Origin: Candidatus Poseidoniales archaeon
Lineage (GTDB): Archaea; Thermoplasmatota; Poseidoniia; Poseidoniales; Poseidoniaceae
NCBI GenBank assembly: GCA_038150305.1
Contig: JAYOTG010000006.1
Coordinates: 9,073 to 73,072 of the forward strand
DNA length: 64,000 nucleotides
Direction of reading: 5' to 3'
A program made the position numbers and the translations under genes. Position 1 is the first letter of the stretch. Each line of letters begins with the position of its first letter. Below, in pieces: positions 62,425 through 64,000 of the stretch. Under the pieces are notes generated by a model. The model worked only from the letters and a program-made list of their open reading frames with translations, searched no databases and was not told where the DNA came from.

Positions 62425-63268
62425 CTGCTTGAGGCAGGTCCGCCATCGGGACCGGCCGATGTCCGGGGCGGGGATGATGCTCCGGACCATGATGGTCTGA
62501 ACCGGCCGTGACCGACAACCCACGTTCCACCGCAGCACGCCACACCTCGTCTCGGTAAGCGTCCGTGTGTCCTCCGTGGAAGGCCTCCACCGCTTCGATG
62601 CCCAACGATGAGAGCAGATCCAGCACCTCGGCGGTTGGCACGCCGTAGTACACGGGATGAGCCAAGGAGCAGAAGCCGCCCGCGGCGTGCACACGTGCAC
62701 TGGCCTCCGCCAAGGTCGGTCGTGGGCGTTCCACGTTTGCGGGTGCGCCGTCGCCGATCCAGTCGTCGAAGGCTTGTTGGAAGGTCTCGACCACACCCAT
62801 CTCGAGGAGTTCGGCCGCGAGGTGCGGCCGACCCACCGCGCCATCCGCGCGAGCGAGAACCTTAGCCTCGTCCACGTGGATGCCAAAGGTTGCGAGCCGT
62901 TCGATCATCATCGACATGCGCGGCCCCCGGGCTTCGGTCAGGCCGGCGATCCACGAGCGAATCTCCCGCACTTCCGGAGCATCCATCGGTGTCGGGAAAT
63001 ACGCCAACAGGTGCCATGAGCCCTCCCTCGCCGCGTCAGCGGAGGGCGAGAGCGCCGGGACACACGTGAGTTCCACGCCAGGAAGGAAGGCCATCTCGTG
63101 GAGGTTCGCTTGCTCGGCGGCGTCTTCCCATCCCGATGTGGTGTCGTGGTCGGTGAGGCTCCAAACGCGGACGCCCTCACGGGCCAGGCTCGCCGCAAGC
63201 GTGGCCACGTCGAGCGTGCCGTCGCTGTGGGTTGAATGCGAATGAAGGTCGACGTCTGAGCACCACAT
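62384..63268 (-). CDS. PHP-domain metal-dependent phosphoesterase (TrpH/YciV-like)
   Basis: DLHSHSTHSDGT, SLTDHDT, LAHPV and GSDHHG. The 3' end overlaps the tatC 3' end by 41 nt (convergent). Confidence 0.8.
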   Translation of the reverse strand: MWCSDVDLHSHSTHSDGTLDVATLAASLAREGVRVWSLTDHDTTSGWEDAAEQANLHEMAFLPGVELTCVPALSPSADAAREGSWHLLAYFPTPMDAPEVREIRSWIAGLTEARGPRMSMMIERLATFGIHVDEAKVLARADGAVGRPHLAAELLEMGVVETFQQAFDDWIGDGAPANVERPRPTLAEASARVHAAGGFCSLAHPVYYGVPTAEVLDLLSSLGIEAVEAFHGGHTDAYRDEVWRAAVERGLSVTAGSDHHGPEHHPRPGHRPVPMADLPQAVRHLREHGQAAGR

Positions 63269-63277
63269 GATGCCACC

Positions 63278-64000
63278 TCAGAACAGGTCGTCCAGGCTGT
63301 CCAGCAGGTCGCCCATCCCGTTGTCGGTCGGGCGTTGCGGAGCGTCCTCTGGCGGCGCATCAAAGAGGTCGTCCAACCCGTCGAGCAGGCCATCCAAATC
63401 CGCAGCAAGGTCGCTCGATGTCGTGCTGTCCTTGTCGAGGTCCGGCATCGTGGGTAACGGGATGGCCGCCGCAGGAGCAGGTGCGGAGGGCGCTGGCGAA
63501 GGTGCTGCTTCGGCGGGTTCCGGAAGCGGGAGGTCCAGCACCGGTGCGGGTTCGGTCACGGCCTCCGGTTCAGGAGCCGGGAGTTCCACCGTGCTTGGTG
63601 GAGGTGCTTCCAGCGGCTTGGCCTCGCGCACGATGGCGCGCTGCGGCATCTTCGCTGCGGCGACCACGCGGGCGGCTTCTTGGCCGGTTTCATCCGCATC
63701 GAGGTGCGCGATGGCCGCGGTCACGTCCCCTTCGGCCTCTGCCTCTGCCCCAAGGATGCTCTGGACGATGGCCTGCGTGGTGGCCGACGCACCGCCGGTT
63801 TGCGGTGCAGACCGGACGGTGATGCCCCCCGCTTCGAAGTCCTGCAACTGGTCGGAGATGGAACGCTGGTCAAGGGTCGGCACCGGGCGCGGCTGCGAGG
63901 CCCGATTTTGAATGATGAACAGGGCGACGATCACGACACCCACCGCAGTTTCCTGATGGTACCATCCCGTGGGCGCCCACCACGTGCCGTCGAAGCGGTC
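63278..64000 (-). CDS. hypothetical single-pass membrane protein with Pro/Ala-rich linker and duplicated acidic C-terminal motif; N-terminus outside window
   Basis: The frame stays open to position 64000 (DRFDGTWWAPTGWYHQETAVGVVIVALFII), so the track start at 63943 (GTG) is probably internal. It ends DGLLDGLDDLF..x16..GDLLDSLDDLF. Confidence 0.5.
   Translation of the reverse strand, partial: DRFDGTWWAPTGWYHQETAVGVVIVALFIIQNRASQPRPVPTLDQRSISDQLQDFEAGGITVRSAPQTGGASATTQAIVQSILGAEAEAEGDVTAAIAHLDADETGQEAARVVAAAKMPQRAIVREAKPLEAPPPSTVELPAPEPEAVTEPAPVLDLPLPEPAEAAPSPAPSAPAPAAAIPLPTMPDLDKDSTTSSDLAADLDGLLDGLDDLFDAPPEDAPQRPTDNGMGDLLDSLDDLF

Noticed and set aside
1-64000. Search for mobile elements, integrases, toxin-antitoxin pairs, restriction or other defence systems, and rRNA
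   Set aside because: I found no transposase, integrase, recombinase, Cas, nuclease-methylase or similar signatures in any frame I read. The window looks like core chromosome with accessory surface-protein genes.

Overview
GC-rich, very gene-dense chromosomal segment. I call about 56 CDS and one tRNA-Ala(UGC). I saw no rRNA, CRISPR array, transposase, integrase or prophage signature. The host is an archaeon: the window encodes TFB, ribosomal protein L40e, membrane-bound LonB, archaeosine tRNA-guanine transglycosylase, archaeal-type AspRS, archaeal NMNAT, UPF0147, a CTP-type riboflavin kinase and an A24 prepilin peptidase. Several genes look bacterial: MetK, a complete sufCBDSE-sufT operon, GrpE, TruA and citrate synthase. 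The three giant Ca-binding/adhesin-like surface proteins and acidic proteins suggest a planktonic Thermoplasmatota (Marine Group II-like) lineage, but that is inference only. The high GC content produces many long antisense ORFs in the supplied track, and I rejected those. Several track ORFs begin at upstream GTG/TTG codons, and I trimmed them to starts supported by homology or by an upstream box. The most interesting locus is 53.8-57.7 kb. It is a translationally coupled three-gene operon whose central protein matches the bacterial DnaA/Hda AAA+ module, with the Walker A lysine replaced by arginine. It is flanked by a large protein with an Arg-rich tail and by a CxxCxxCC (YkgJ-type) protein. 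Other points of interest:
- A six-gene operon built on two ABC-2 transporter cassettes (42.3-48.8 kb).
- An EF-hand protein next to an MscS channel.
- Three giant single-pass surface proteins, each with a distinct cytoplasmic tail module.
- A recurrent TTCATAAG-like box 29-30 nt upstream of many start codons, suggesting leaderless mRNAs.
- Several apparent pseudoenzymes: an MBL fold without metal ligands, a short GH77-like protein, an ArcTGT without its zinc cysteines, and a GDPD with a displaced HRG motif.
All family assignments come from reading motifs by eye; no database search was possible.
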